DNA of 64,000 nt from Caecitellus pseudoparvulus (lineage: Eukaryota > Protista > Bigyra: Bicosoecida). The DNA lies in contig CBFFRQ010000087.1 of the NCBI GenBank assembly GCA_965644315.1, forward strand, positions 1 to 64,000, in the 5' to 3' direction. Below the pieces are notes generated by a model that saw only the letters and a list, made by a program, of their open reading frames with translations, searched no databases and was not told the DNA's origin. Shown in pieces: positions 24,670 to 35,331 of the stretch (positions are counted from its first letter, which is position 1; the number at the start of each line of letters is the position of its first letter). Position numbers and translations under genes: made by a program.

Positions 24670-26344
24670 ATGCGGTCGTTGGCTGTCACGCTGGCTGCGC
24701 TGGCCGGCACGCTGGCCGCGGCCCAGACAACGCTTGACCTGTGGCCCCATCCCCAGCAAGTGCTGGTGGCAGACCCGTCCACCTCTGTCAGCTTTGCGCC
24801 TGGCTTCACGGCCAAGTGTGTCGGGCTGTGCCCTGCGCCCCTCCCTCAAGCCATTGGCAGGTACACTAACAAGCTGTTTTTCGCGGCGGGGACGGCCACA
24901 GGGACTAAGCATGCCCTGACCTTGGATTCCTGCTCCATTTCAGTGGACGCAGAGGCACCCCTCACCACAAACGTGCGATGGCAGCGCGTCGTGCGCAGGT
25001 GCAGTGCACTTGGCACCCGGCGCGCCCGTCCCCCTCCTCTCGCAGAGTGACGAGAGCTACAGCCTGTCCATTTCCGCGCCTGGCTGCAAGATCCACGCTG
25101 CCCAACAGTGGGGCGCACTGCGAGCTCTGGAGACGCTGTCCCAGCTGGTGCAGTGGCAGCACAACGACACGAGCGGGACGTTCTACGACTTGGCTGGTGG
25201 CAACGGCATCACCATCACCGACGCGCCTCGCTTCCCCTGGCGCGGCATGCTGCTGGACTCCTCCCGAAACTACCTCACCACGTCCATCATCAAGCACGTC
25301 CTGGATGCCATGTCCTACAACAAGTTCAACACCATGCACTGGCACCTCACCGACGACCAGAGCTGGCCCCTGCAGAGCAAGACTTACCCCCGCTTCAGTG
25401 AGGTGGGTGCATACACCGCCCAGGCCGTGTACACACACGAGGACGTGCAGGAGATCGTGGGGTATGCCTGGGAACGCGGCATCCGCGTCGTGCCTGAGTT
25501 CGACATGCCCGCTCACGCCACCATTTGGGGGGCCGCATACCCCAACCTCACCATCCCCTGCCCTGGCGACCAAGTGCTGCTGAACCCGACGGGGCCCGTG
25601 TACCCCGTGCTGCAGGGCCTGCTGGAGGAGTTCAAGCCTCTCTTCAACACCAGCGACTACATCCACATCGGCGGCGACGAGGTGCTGAACTACAAGTGCT
25701 GGGAGCAGAGCGAGGAGGTGACGGCCTTCATGCAGGACTTCGGGTACACCAACTACTACGAGGTGCGGGACTACTTCGAAGGCCGCGTGCAGAACATCGT
25801 GGAGCAGTTCCACAGCAAGCCCATGGTGTGGGAGGAGGTCTTCAACGGCAACTTCTCCCTGCACCCCAACACCGTCGTGAATGCGTGGGACGGCGCCACC
25901 ACCACCAACAAGGCCGCCCAGGCCGGCTTCTTCGTCGTGAACAACTACGGCCACTACCTGGACCAACAGCAGCCCCCTGGACCCAGCCACTACCTGTGGG
26001 TGGACACGTGGCAGAACTTCTACCTGAACGACCCCCTGGACGGCACGAACCTGACGCCAGCCCAGGAGAAGCTGGTGCTGGGTGGGGAGATGTCCCAGTG
26101 GGGCGAGCAGGTGGACGCCACGAACATCGACAGCCGCATGTGGCCCCGTGCCTGCGGCGGTGCCGAGCGCTTCTGGTCCCCTGCCTCGTACAAGGACGTC
26201 ACCACAGCCGCCTTCCGCCTGTCCAACCAGCGTTGCCGCATGGTGCAGCGCGGAGTGGGAGCGGGGCCCATTCGCCCGGCAGCGGACTATGGCTACTGCT
26301 TCCTGCCCCCCACCTCTCCGTGGCTGAACATGGCTGAGATGTGA
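24670..26344 (+). CDS. HEX: Beta-hexosaminidase (GH20), secreted/lysosomal
   Basis: Signal peptide MRSLAVTLAALAG; intron 24973-25045; DESYSL, PRFPWRGMLLDSSRNY, HWHLTDDQSWP, PEFDMPAH, catalytic HIGGDEV, WGEQVD, WPRA. Confidence 0.95.
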
Positions 26345-26580
26345 TGCAATGCAGGCTGCAACTTGGGAGGCGCGTGGTGCCGCTTCGGCCTTGCCAGGCA
26401 CACCCCCCCCCCAATGCAAGCAAACCTGAGAGCAGGGAACGCAAAGCGTGCACTGCTCGAGAGAAAATGACTGGTTTGCAGATTGAACCAGGCCCTCCGC
26501 CCAAGTTCTCTTCATCAGCACCCTCACACTGCCTGTGCGGACTTTGCGTGAGAACGAGCAAGCACGCTATCTCCGCAGCC

Positions 26581-27835
26581 ATGGCAGCCAAGCGGCGCTC
26601 CACCAGCGCTGTCATCGGCACAGCGCACCTGAACCCCGAGGCTCAAGTGCCATCCCGTTCGCGCACACTGCGTCCTCATGACGCAAGCGTCACTAGCTTC
26701 ACTCGAAAAGTGCCGGCAGCGCCAGTGGCACTGGTGCACGCACGAGCACTGAAGCCGCATGCAGCCGTGAGTGACAGGCCTGCCCTGCGCTGGCCAGGAA
26801 GAACCTGCGCGTCACTTCAAGCGCGCGATTGAACTAGCGTGTTGTGCTCTGTGCCACATTCCCCTTCCTTGCCCCCTCCCGCCGCAGAGTAAAGTCGACA
26901 GCGGCCAGGCATACCACGTTGAGGTGTGCGGAAATCGGGCCGCACCTTCAGACTACTCCATCTCCGGGCGGCAGGGGCGGGGCAAGAGGGTGGTGAAGGA
27001 AATTAGCCCAGACGGCCTCGGCATTCGATCCCGTGTGGAGTACTTCCGCACCGTGTCCCCCGCCGCTGCGCTGCAGGCAGCCAGTGACCTGCACGCCTCT
27101 TCTGGCAGTGACTTGCACCCTGCCGCCATCCACCAGCCCCCACAGCCACACAGCCCGGGATTCAGGGCCAGCCCCAGCCACAGCATGGAGCACCTTCGTG
27201 TGGCCCATTGGGCTGCTGACCCTCTGGCGCAGCAGAGCCCCGTGCGAGTGACTCTCTCACCTGGTCAACGCAGCTCGACCAGTCCGGCCAGTGCCAGAAC
27301 ACCCAGCACAGCTGTGCGCCTGCCAGGCAACCGCGTCGTACACGACTTGCAGCAGGCACAGGCCTCTGCACTGCGTGCCAGCCACCCTGGCTTCGGCACT
27401 CCCTCTGCTCGGCGCACCAGTCCTGGTCGCTTCACACCCCATAGCACCCACGCCCGGGCAGCGCTGCCGACCTTTAAGGCCACTGAACTGCAGGGCCGAG
27501 CCCTGTTCTCCCCTGCTCAGACACAGGGCACTGCAGCACACACCAGCCCAGCACATTGGTACACACCCGCCCACCTGCACGCTTCACGTGCTCTCACGGA
27601 AGCTGGCTCAGGCGCGTCCGGGCAGTCCAGTGGTCGGTTCTCCACTGCCGTCTCTGCCGCCATCGCACAAAAGGCAGCGTCAGCATACAAGGGACAAGGC
27701 GCACACACCCCCGCCGCTCATGGGGCCCAAGTGGCCAGTGGCGTATCCCCCTCTGACTCAGCTCCCCTTCCAACGCTGCGGTGGTCAGGTGCATTGGACC
27801 CAGCAACTGCCCGCACAATGTCGGCTGACCCGTGA
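26581..27835 (+). CDS. Hypothetical Ser/Pro/Ala-rich protein (~377 aa)
   Basis: ATG 26581; intron 26767-26887 (GTGAGT...CCGCAG) joins in frame to the ORF ending 27835. No recognisable domain. Confidence 0.55.
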
Positions 27836-27916
27836 TGTAGACCCCCCTTCCCCCAGAAATGGCCCACTGTGGAACTGCTGGCCGTGCGCTGTCCTGCAGT
27901 GGCAGACGTCGCCCCA

Positions 27917-29515
27917 TCACCGTGAGAAGATGCTGTCCACATCAGCAGGCAGGTGTGGCATTTGGATGGCCAAGAACACTTCCAACTCCGGGATATCTTC
28001 GACGGTAGCCACTAGGATGCTCGCAGTCGGCCCTTGCTTTGGCGACTGCACCCGCTCCAAATTGTCTGCGTAGCCAGCCAGGGCGACGGGGCGCCCCCAG
28101 TGCACAGCGACCTCCGCATACCCTAAGCGGGCGGCACCGCTGCCCAAGCCAGCCACAAGCAAGGTGCCTGCGGTGCTGGCGCTCCAGGCCTGCACTGTGG
28201 CTTCGAGCTCTGCTGCCTGTGTGTCCGCAGTCACTAAGTACACGTCTTGCAAGTCGGCTGCCGGAGCTGCCTGCGCCACCTGCTGCGCCTGTTCTGCGTC
28301 GCGAAAGAACACTGCCACACGGCGCTGCTTGATGGCAGGTAGCTGCAGGACTTCAATCACATCCTCCAAGCGCTCCGTGGTGTCCATGAGGATGCTGTGG
28401 TGCGACGCCGCTGCCTGCGGAGCTCGCCGCCAATGGCACACCTCCACAAACACGGGCTGCCGCATGTGTCGTGCCACTTGTGGCAGCCCGTCCAGCCCTC
28501 TTGCAGAAGCCGATGCCAGAATCTGGCACTTTGCAGGCAGCGAGGCCAGGATGTCCTCTATCGTCTCTCCGTACCCCATGTCCAGCAGCTCGTCCACGGC
28601 GTACAGAATGCAGCAGCGCAACGCATCCATGTCCAAGGGGCCACGCTGCATCAGGTCCAGCGAGCGCCCTGGGGTTCCAAACACCACCTGCGCGCCACCT
28701 TGCAAGGCTTGCACGTCCTGCAGGACAGACCTGCCCCCCACACACGCGTGCATGTGCAGCGGCACCGTCCCCGCCATGGCCTGTACTTGACCCTGCAGGT
28801 TAAACACCCACTCGCGCGTGGGCGCCAGGAACAGCACCTGCACCTCTGGAATATCCGCATCAGCACATTGCAGTGCGCGGATGGACAGTGCCACTGACTT
28901 GCCTGACCCTGACGCGCTCTGCGGAGCGCACATTGCGAGTCAAACAAAAGCCTTGGAAACAGACAGCACACACGCGCCCAACCACGCACCTTCACGAACA
29001 CATCTTCGCCTTGCAACATCGGGACTATGCAGAGCTGCTGCACTACCGAAGGTTTCTCAATGCCGTGACCTGCGCATGTACAGAATGACTAGCGTGTTGG
29101 GCAAACACTGCCACCAGCGTTTCACACGCATGCAGCGGCAGTAGCGCAGGCCTCTCACCTTCCACACCTTCCTGCGCATAGAAGCATCGAATGAACGTGT
29201 CCTCGTCGCGGCAGTGGTTTGGGCATGCGCTCGGCATGGCACGTGTGCACTGCACTGTGACACTGAAGCCCAGAGCCAGAGCCAGACACGCACCAGCAGG
29301 CTCGGTGGCAGCCCCATGTCTTTGAAGCTGCGGCACTTGGAGTCATCAGATGCTTCAGTCAGTACTCTCACCCCTGTCTTGCCGTCAGGGCCGCTTGCTT
29401 GACTCTCTTCGCTGCCGCTGCCCTGGCTTTGGCCCTGTGAGTCTGCTGCCGCGGCGACCACGCCTTCGGTGTAGGCGGAGTACGAGGGCGCCCCCGCAGG
29501 CTGTCCACTGGCCAT
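27917..29515 (-). CDS. Divergent eIF4A-derived DEAD-box pseudo-helicase (438 aa), catalytic motifs degenerate
   Basis: Exons 29515-29294, 29171-29159 (13 nt), 29069-28990 (80 nt), 28918-27917; frame intact. Keeps GIEKPSVVQQ, SGSGKS, APTRE, HACVGG, GTPGR, but DEAD reads YAVD and HRIGRSGR reads DNLERVQS. Confidence 0.85.
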
Positions 29516-29902
29516 TGAGAAAACCTTAAATGGTTAAATGTGTGTGCTATTCTGCTGGAACTCTGAGCCAAGCGCTGTGCACAAAGGCTTTGCATTGTAT
29601 CAAGCCGCAGGGAATACAGCGTGCCACACGAGAAAGACGCTTCAGCTGCCCCAATGACGATCAGGCCGCACGACCCAGAACAGCACAGCAGCGTCTATAG
29701 TGAAAAGTGACACGTGGCCAACTCCCTGCTGCACTGGCCCCTGCGCAGTGCCCAGCCAGTCGTTGCCAATGGACTGCTTCGCACAGAGCTCCAACGCAGC
29801 AGAAAGACAGTGGGCCAGACGCGACGCCTGGCACCCGCCCTGCGCTACACAGTGTATGTAGCCTTGCCCGGGCCTCGACTTGGCTCATGCGCAGCCACAC
29901 GC

Positions 29903-30665
29903 TCAGCGCTTGCCCTCACCATCAGACCTGTGCGAGTGCAAGCCTGTGGCCTGGCGGCTGCGAGCAAAGCTCTCGTGAGCATACTGATCTGACGCCACCT
30001 CGAACTGGGCCTCTGCCAGGCTGCCCTTGGTAGTGGCGGGGGCTGCCTCCTTTGTGGCGCTTCCCTTCTCCGTGGAAGCGTCCAGCACCCAGATGTGACC
30101 ATCCACAGTGCGGGTTCGGTGCACGCGCTGCTTGAGACCCTTGCTCTTCACAATGCGGCAAGGCTTGCCATCAGCCCCCTTGTTGAACGGGTCAATCCCA
30201 ATGTACATGCCTTCCCCTGCGAATCAGCGCCACCGAATGCTGCGAGGCGGCTGGCAGCGGCGGCGTTTCGCCGCGAAACGCGCACCTGTCTCCAGATTCA
30301 GCTTGTACTTGTGCCAGGGACAGACAAGGCACGTGCTTCCCCCGAGATCCTCTGCAATTCAGTTTGGTTCCTTTGAGCGCGGCTATCATGCTGCGTATTG
30401 CTCCGCTTTGCTCACCAATGTCGCCCGTCGCGAGTGGTGCTCCGTGGTGGTAGCAGGCGTGGTCCATGGCAAAGACCTGGCCCCCGTGCCGCAGCAACAG
30501 CACTCCACGCCCTGTGCTGAGCCGCACGAGCTTGCGGCTGCCTTCGGCCAGTGCTTCTGCTGCGAGGCACTTCTCGAACCCATCACTGTCCAAGGTGCCT
30601 GACCCGGCATGTGCTGGGTTGTCAGCGGTGGGGTCCTCTGCCGTCCCCGGTGCCGCAGACGCCAT
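29903..30665 (-). CDS. RFESD: Rieske [2Fe-2S] domain-containing protein (RFESD-like)
   Basis: CYHHGAPL...CPWH ligands across introns 30415-30352 and 30285-30217; ETGEGMY and SKGLKQRVH match RFESD-type proteins. Confidence 0.88.
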
Positions 30666-30980
30666 GGCAGGGAAATGGGGGAACACAGGAGCAGGGGTAT
30701 GAGTAAAGCGAAGCGCAGGAACAGCTGGGTACACACGGGCTCAACACTTTCTTGTTGCGGATATTGAATTGATCCACCGTGGGAGTAAGCCGTGCATCCA
30801 CCCGACCTCCACACAGCCCCGCCAAGGCTGGCCGAGCTCCTTGTGCAGCCACAGCCGACTAGAAGCACTGCGTTCGCCCACAGTCGGGCAGTGCACTGCA
30901 GCTGACTTGCCGAGCGGCGTGGCGAGTCGAACTCGCTTGCCCACCGCCACAACACCCACAGCCACCGAAGCGCACAGCGT

Positions 30981-31628
30981 TCACCCCAGGCCTGCCGCAG
31001 CCACCTTGGGCACGTCGTTGTGGACCGGCATGGCCGCCAGGTATGCGTTCATGTCGTCGATGCGTTGGCGGTACGACTTCTTGGCGCGTTTCGGCAGCTC
31101 GCGAGGTTCCTGTGAAGTGAGACGGGTGTGCAGAGGGTGCAGGACAGGAGTTGTGCGACAGACGCCAACGAACACGTCACGCACCACCACTCGCTTCTGG
31201 TGCTCCAGGAAAGCGCGCTCGGCTGCCGTCATGGAAGCGGGTAGCGAGTCGTCGCCTGTGCCGCCCTTGCCCGAAGCCTCCGCCGCATCGCCGCGGGAGC
31301 GTTTCTTTCCCCGCCGAGCACGCTCAAAGGTGTCCAAGTGGTCGCCGTCATCGTGCAGTTTGTCGGGTTGGGCGGTACTGCAGCAGGGAAGGCGTCGCGG
31401 GCGGGTGTGCGCGCTGGGGAAAGACAAGGGCAGCCGGCGTTTCAGCGATGAAACGCCACGCGTTGCGCACCGCTTTGGGGCTGCAGCTGCCGCAGCAAGG
31501 ACGCCAGACTTGGGTGCCGCCTCAGCATTGGGTTCTTTCTTGCTTTTCTTGTTCTTCTTGCTCTTCTTGGACTTGAGCTTGAGCTTGCTGCCACCCACCA
31601 CATGTGCGTATGGATCGCTGCTGTCCAT
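30981..31628 (-). CDS. FAM32A: FAM32A-like (DUF1754) protein; possible longer start at ATG 31928
   Basis: PYAHVVGGSKLKLK, MTAAERAF, KSYRQRIDDMNAYLAAMPVHNDVPKV; two in-frame GTGCG...CAG introns. Confidence 0.8.
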   Translation of the reverse strand: MDSSDPYAHVVGGSKLKLKSKKSKKNKKSKKEPNAEAAPKSGVLAAAAAAPKRCATRGVSSLKRRLPLSFPSAHTRPRRLPCCSTAQPDKLHDDGDHLDTFERARRGKKRSRGDAAEASGKGGTGDDSLPASMTAAERAFLEHQKRVVVRDVFVGVCRTTPVLHPLHTRLTSQEPRELPKRAKKSYRQRIDDMNAYLAAMPVHNDVPKVAAAGLG

Positions 31629-32032
31629 GCTGTCGTTGTGGTCCGTTCTCACAGTGCACTTCGTGCTGTCAAGTGTGCCAGTGCTGTCAGTGTCGTCACT
31701 GCTGTCAGTATCGTCACTGCCGCTCAAATCTGAAAGGCCCGGGACCGGAGGAAAGGCAGGGTGGATTCCCAGCGCAAGCAGAACCGCGTCGTCGTCGTCC
31801 GAATCACACAGGTGCAAGAGCCACCCAAACTGCTGCCAATCCATGACAAGATGGAGCACTTGCCGAAGTGGAGTTTCATGCTCAGCATCAAGCGATTTTG
31901 GGAATTGAAAGTAAGTGCCGTCTGCCATGGGCGCCACTACTGCGCCTTCACTCTCTGCGGCCACGCCAAGTCACCGCTGCCAATAACAGCACTTCGACCC
32001 TGACTCAACGGTGCATTGCGCGGGCCCGCGCT

Positions 32033-34689
32033 TTACATCGCGCCCACCTGCTTCGCCACGCCCTCCAGCGCACTGCCCCGCGGAATGGCGCCATCGTAGT
32101 TCTGCTGCAGGGATTGCATCACCTCCCGCACTCGGTCTGCGAACCAAGGCCCCTGCGCAGCCGTCTCGGCCAGCCACTGCACAGCCACATCGGCGGCGGC
32201 GGTGTCAATTTCCGCACCCTCCCCAGGGTTGTGGACGAGGAAGAGACTGCCCACGAGGGTGGGTGCGCCGAAGATGTGCCCTGCTGCAGCACTGTCCACC
32301 TCCACCAGACGACGCAGCACAGCGACAGAGACAGGTGCAGTGTCGCCACTACACAGGCCCACGAAGACCAGGTCCAGGATGCCCAGGAGGGGCGACACGA
32401 CCCCCCCTCGAGCGGACGCGGGACCCCCCTCCTTGCCCTCGCTGTCCTTGGAGTCACTGTGGCGTGAGTCACCGCCGTCCTCCAGCAACGCCAGCATGAG
32501 CTCCAGCAACCCCCCCTCCACCTGCTGCAACCCCCCCTCCACCACGTGATGTGCCAGAGCCTGAGCCACAGTCACAGGCTCCCAACTGGCGGGGACGGGG
32601 GGCAGGGGCAGTGGGCCCATGGCGGCACTGCGCAGGTGTAACGCAGCAGGTGCACTGCCCTTGCCCAGTGCCGCCATCTGAGCCGCCTGGGGCAGACCCA
32701 GCAGCGCTTCCAGCCACAGTGACGTCAGGTCTGCGTGCGAACTCAGGCAACCAGCCAGGTACGCCACACCCACCCGCAGCACAGTGGACGACGCGTCTGT
32801 CGTCAGGATGTCCCCCACCATGCCCCGTGCGGTGGACACTGCTTTGGCCGCCACATCGGCCACTTGGGGTGGCGCGCCAGCCACATCCTCTTCACGCAGG
32901 AGAGGCAGGAGTGACCCTACCAGCACCAGCAGGTAGCACTGCACTTCCCACCAGGCATCACGGGCGAGGCCGGTGAGGTCGGGGAGAATGCCGCCCACCA
33001 GGACCGGGTCGTGGGGCGCGATGACAGATAGGATGTTGAGGGAGCAGGCGCGAAGGGAGGGGGATGGGAGCGCGGCGCCAATTTGCGCGTAATACGCGTA
33101 CAGGTCCAGCAACGCTGCATCGAACTCCGGCTCCAAGTACACCAGCACTGCCAGGCAACGCAGCAGGGTGGCCTGCGACGGCAGGCGCTCCTGCAACGCA
33201 CGAATAACACCCAGACGCGCAGCACTGGTGGCAGGCGTGAATGCATACACCACCTGCAGCACAGCATGGCGAGTGCCCGGCCTGCCCTCCAGCAACGGCA
33301 GCCACAGCGGCATGCCCACATCCGCCGCCAAGGCCGCGGTGGTGTGGGAGTCAGCGCCCACCATGGCCTGCCCGACCGCTGCCAACGCACCAGCGGCAGC
33401 GTGAAACGCAGGAGACGACTCTGGCAACGCCTTCAAGCATGGCCCCAGCACTGCCAAGGTGTGGTGGAAGCCGTTGGGCACAGCCAGGCATGCCGACGCG
33501 ACTGCTGGCGCGTCTGAGGCCAATTTCCGCAGCACTGCCACGACACTCTCCTCACTCAGCGCGTGCTCCTCGTCCACGGCGCCAGTGGCAGCGTCCACCC
33601 AGGCAAAGGCTGGGGGCAGACCCCCCCTGTCCCCCCCCTCACACACCCGCTGTGCAGCGACGTCGCCTTCCCTCACAAACGGCGCCAAGCACTCCACCAC
33701 AGCGCCGGACAGCACCTGCAGTGCGTCCTCAGCGGGCGCACTGTGCACTACAGCAGCAGCAGTTGGTGCACTTGGACCACTGCCCTGCCCTGTAGCCTCA
33801 GTGGGGCGTGGTCGGGAAACAGGCGCCGCCGCCGCCGCAGTAGTGGCAGTGGCAGTGCGACTGCCACCCAGGCCCAGGCGCTGGGAGATCTCAGCGCCTG
33901 GGATGTGGGCCTTCACAGCCCGTGGGGCGGTGGGGTCGTACCGCTCTGGCTGTGCTGCCTTGTGCTGCAGCGTGCCGACGTGGTGCGAGGCCAGAGCCCC
34001 TCGAGCCAGCATGCCTCGCGTGCTGTCATCCGTGACAGTGGACACACGAGGGTCGCGCAGAGTTTGCAGCACATCACGGGCAGCGGTGTTACGGGCATAA
34101 CTGGGCTGGCTGCGCACACGCCGCGCTGCGACAGGTTTCGGGGCCCTGTGCAGGGGGAAGCGTGCTGGGTGTAAGGGGTTTCCGCGCGATCACAACTCGA
34201 CCGGCGGCACGCACTTCTTCCCCGAGAGAAACTCGTACACACGGTTGATGAACGACACAACAGCCTCTGCCCGAGAGTGGATGATGCCTTCCACTTCTTC
34301 CTTGGTCACTGGGCGGCCGCCTGGCTCCACCCCACGCTTCGCAAAGAACTTCCCCAGCTGGTCCCAGTTGTCTCGCTTGCTGTCCAGGGAGTTGCCATTG
34401 TCGTACGAGTGCATCGTGATGTCCTTGGGGTAGTACCGCGAGAAAATCTCAGCCACAAGGAAACCATTCGAGAAGTCCCTGCAGCAGCAGTGCGGAGGGG
34501 GCTCGTGTCGAAGCATGCACCCGACAACGTGCGCAGAGCTGCCGCCGGAGTGGCAGCAACCAATTTCCGCCGCACGCCTCACCGCTTCGGGTTCTTCACG
34601 GAGTACACTAGGTCCAGGCTCTGCACCCACTTGATGACGTCCCTTGACAGGGACGTCGGGGCCCGGCTGCCAGAGCTGTGAGATGCCAT
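32033..34689 (-). CDS. SPATA4: SPATA4/SPEF1-type calponin-homology protein with a long helical C-terminus (likely flagellar)
   Basis: [14 protein letters not shown]...KNPKR|[17 protein letters not shown]...SYDNGNS...KRDNW; introns 34582-34479 and 34214-34146 join to the ORF ending 32033. Confidence 0.88.
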
Positions 34690-35331
34690 GGTGTCCCGGC
34701 TGCGCCACAACAAGCTGGCTGCAGGAGCTGGACCGCGGCGGCTTGACAGTGTGAGGGCAGGGCACGCCTGGCGGGAGAAAGACCTGAAGCACTTCCAAAC
34801 ACTTCTGAGGCTGCCAACATCTGGCAGGTTTGCAGTGTCCCAGTCGAGATTTCACTGGCGCGCTAAGTTTTGCCAGTGACGTAGAATAGTCGAGCGTGCT
34901 TCCCCAACCCGCTCTTTCGTGCCCAGAACGTGCCAAATGGAACGGCTCCTGGAGGCACACAGGTAAAGAATGCTGGAGTTTTGTACCATCTTTAGGTTTG
35001 AACCTCCTCTTTGCCCGCCTCGGCGAGGGGGTAATATTCTTCCCTTCAGTGATACCCGCCGCAGACCACTGCCAAATCACAACGACTGGCACACCCAAAG
35101 ACGGCACGCTGCTGAACTCTTTCATATCCGTGCACTGATTGAAGTCGATTCGTTGACATTTTTCGCCTTCCCGGCACCAAGAAGCGTCAGCTGGGGTGGC
35201 GTTTCGCCAAGCTGCGTTTCTGCCCCAGCTGCACGCTGGCACCGAAGCGCGCGAAGCCACCCTCGACTCTGCTGATCTAGAAGCATACCAAGCTGGGAGA
35301 CCAACTGTCCATGCTGGAGGGAAAGGTGGAC

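Noticed and set aside
30262-30283. Hairpin GCGTTTCG-CCG-CGAAACGC
   Set aside because: A single short inverted repeat inside a Rieske-gene intron, expected by chance at this GC content.
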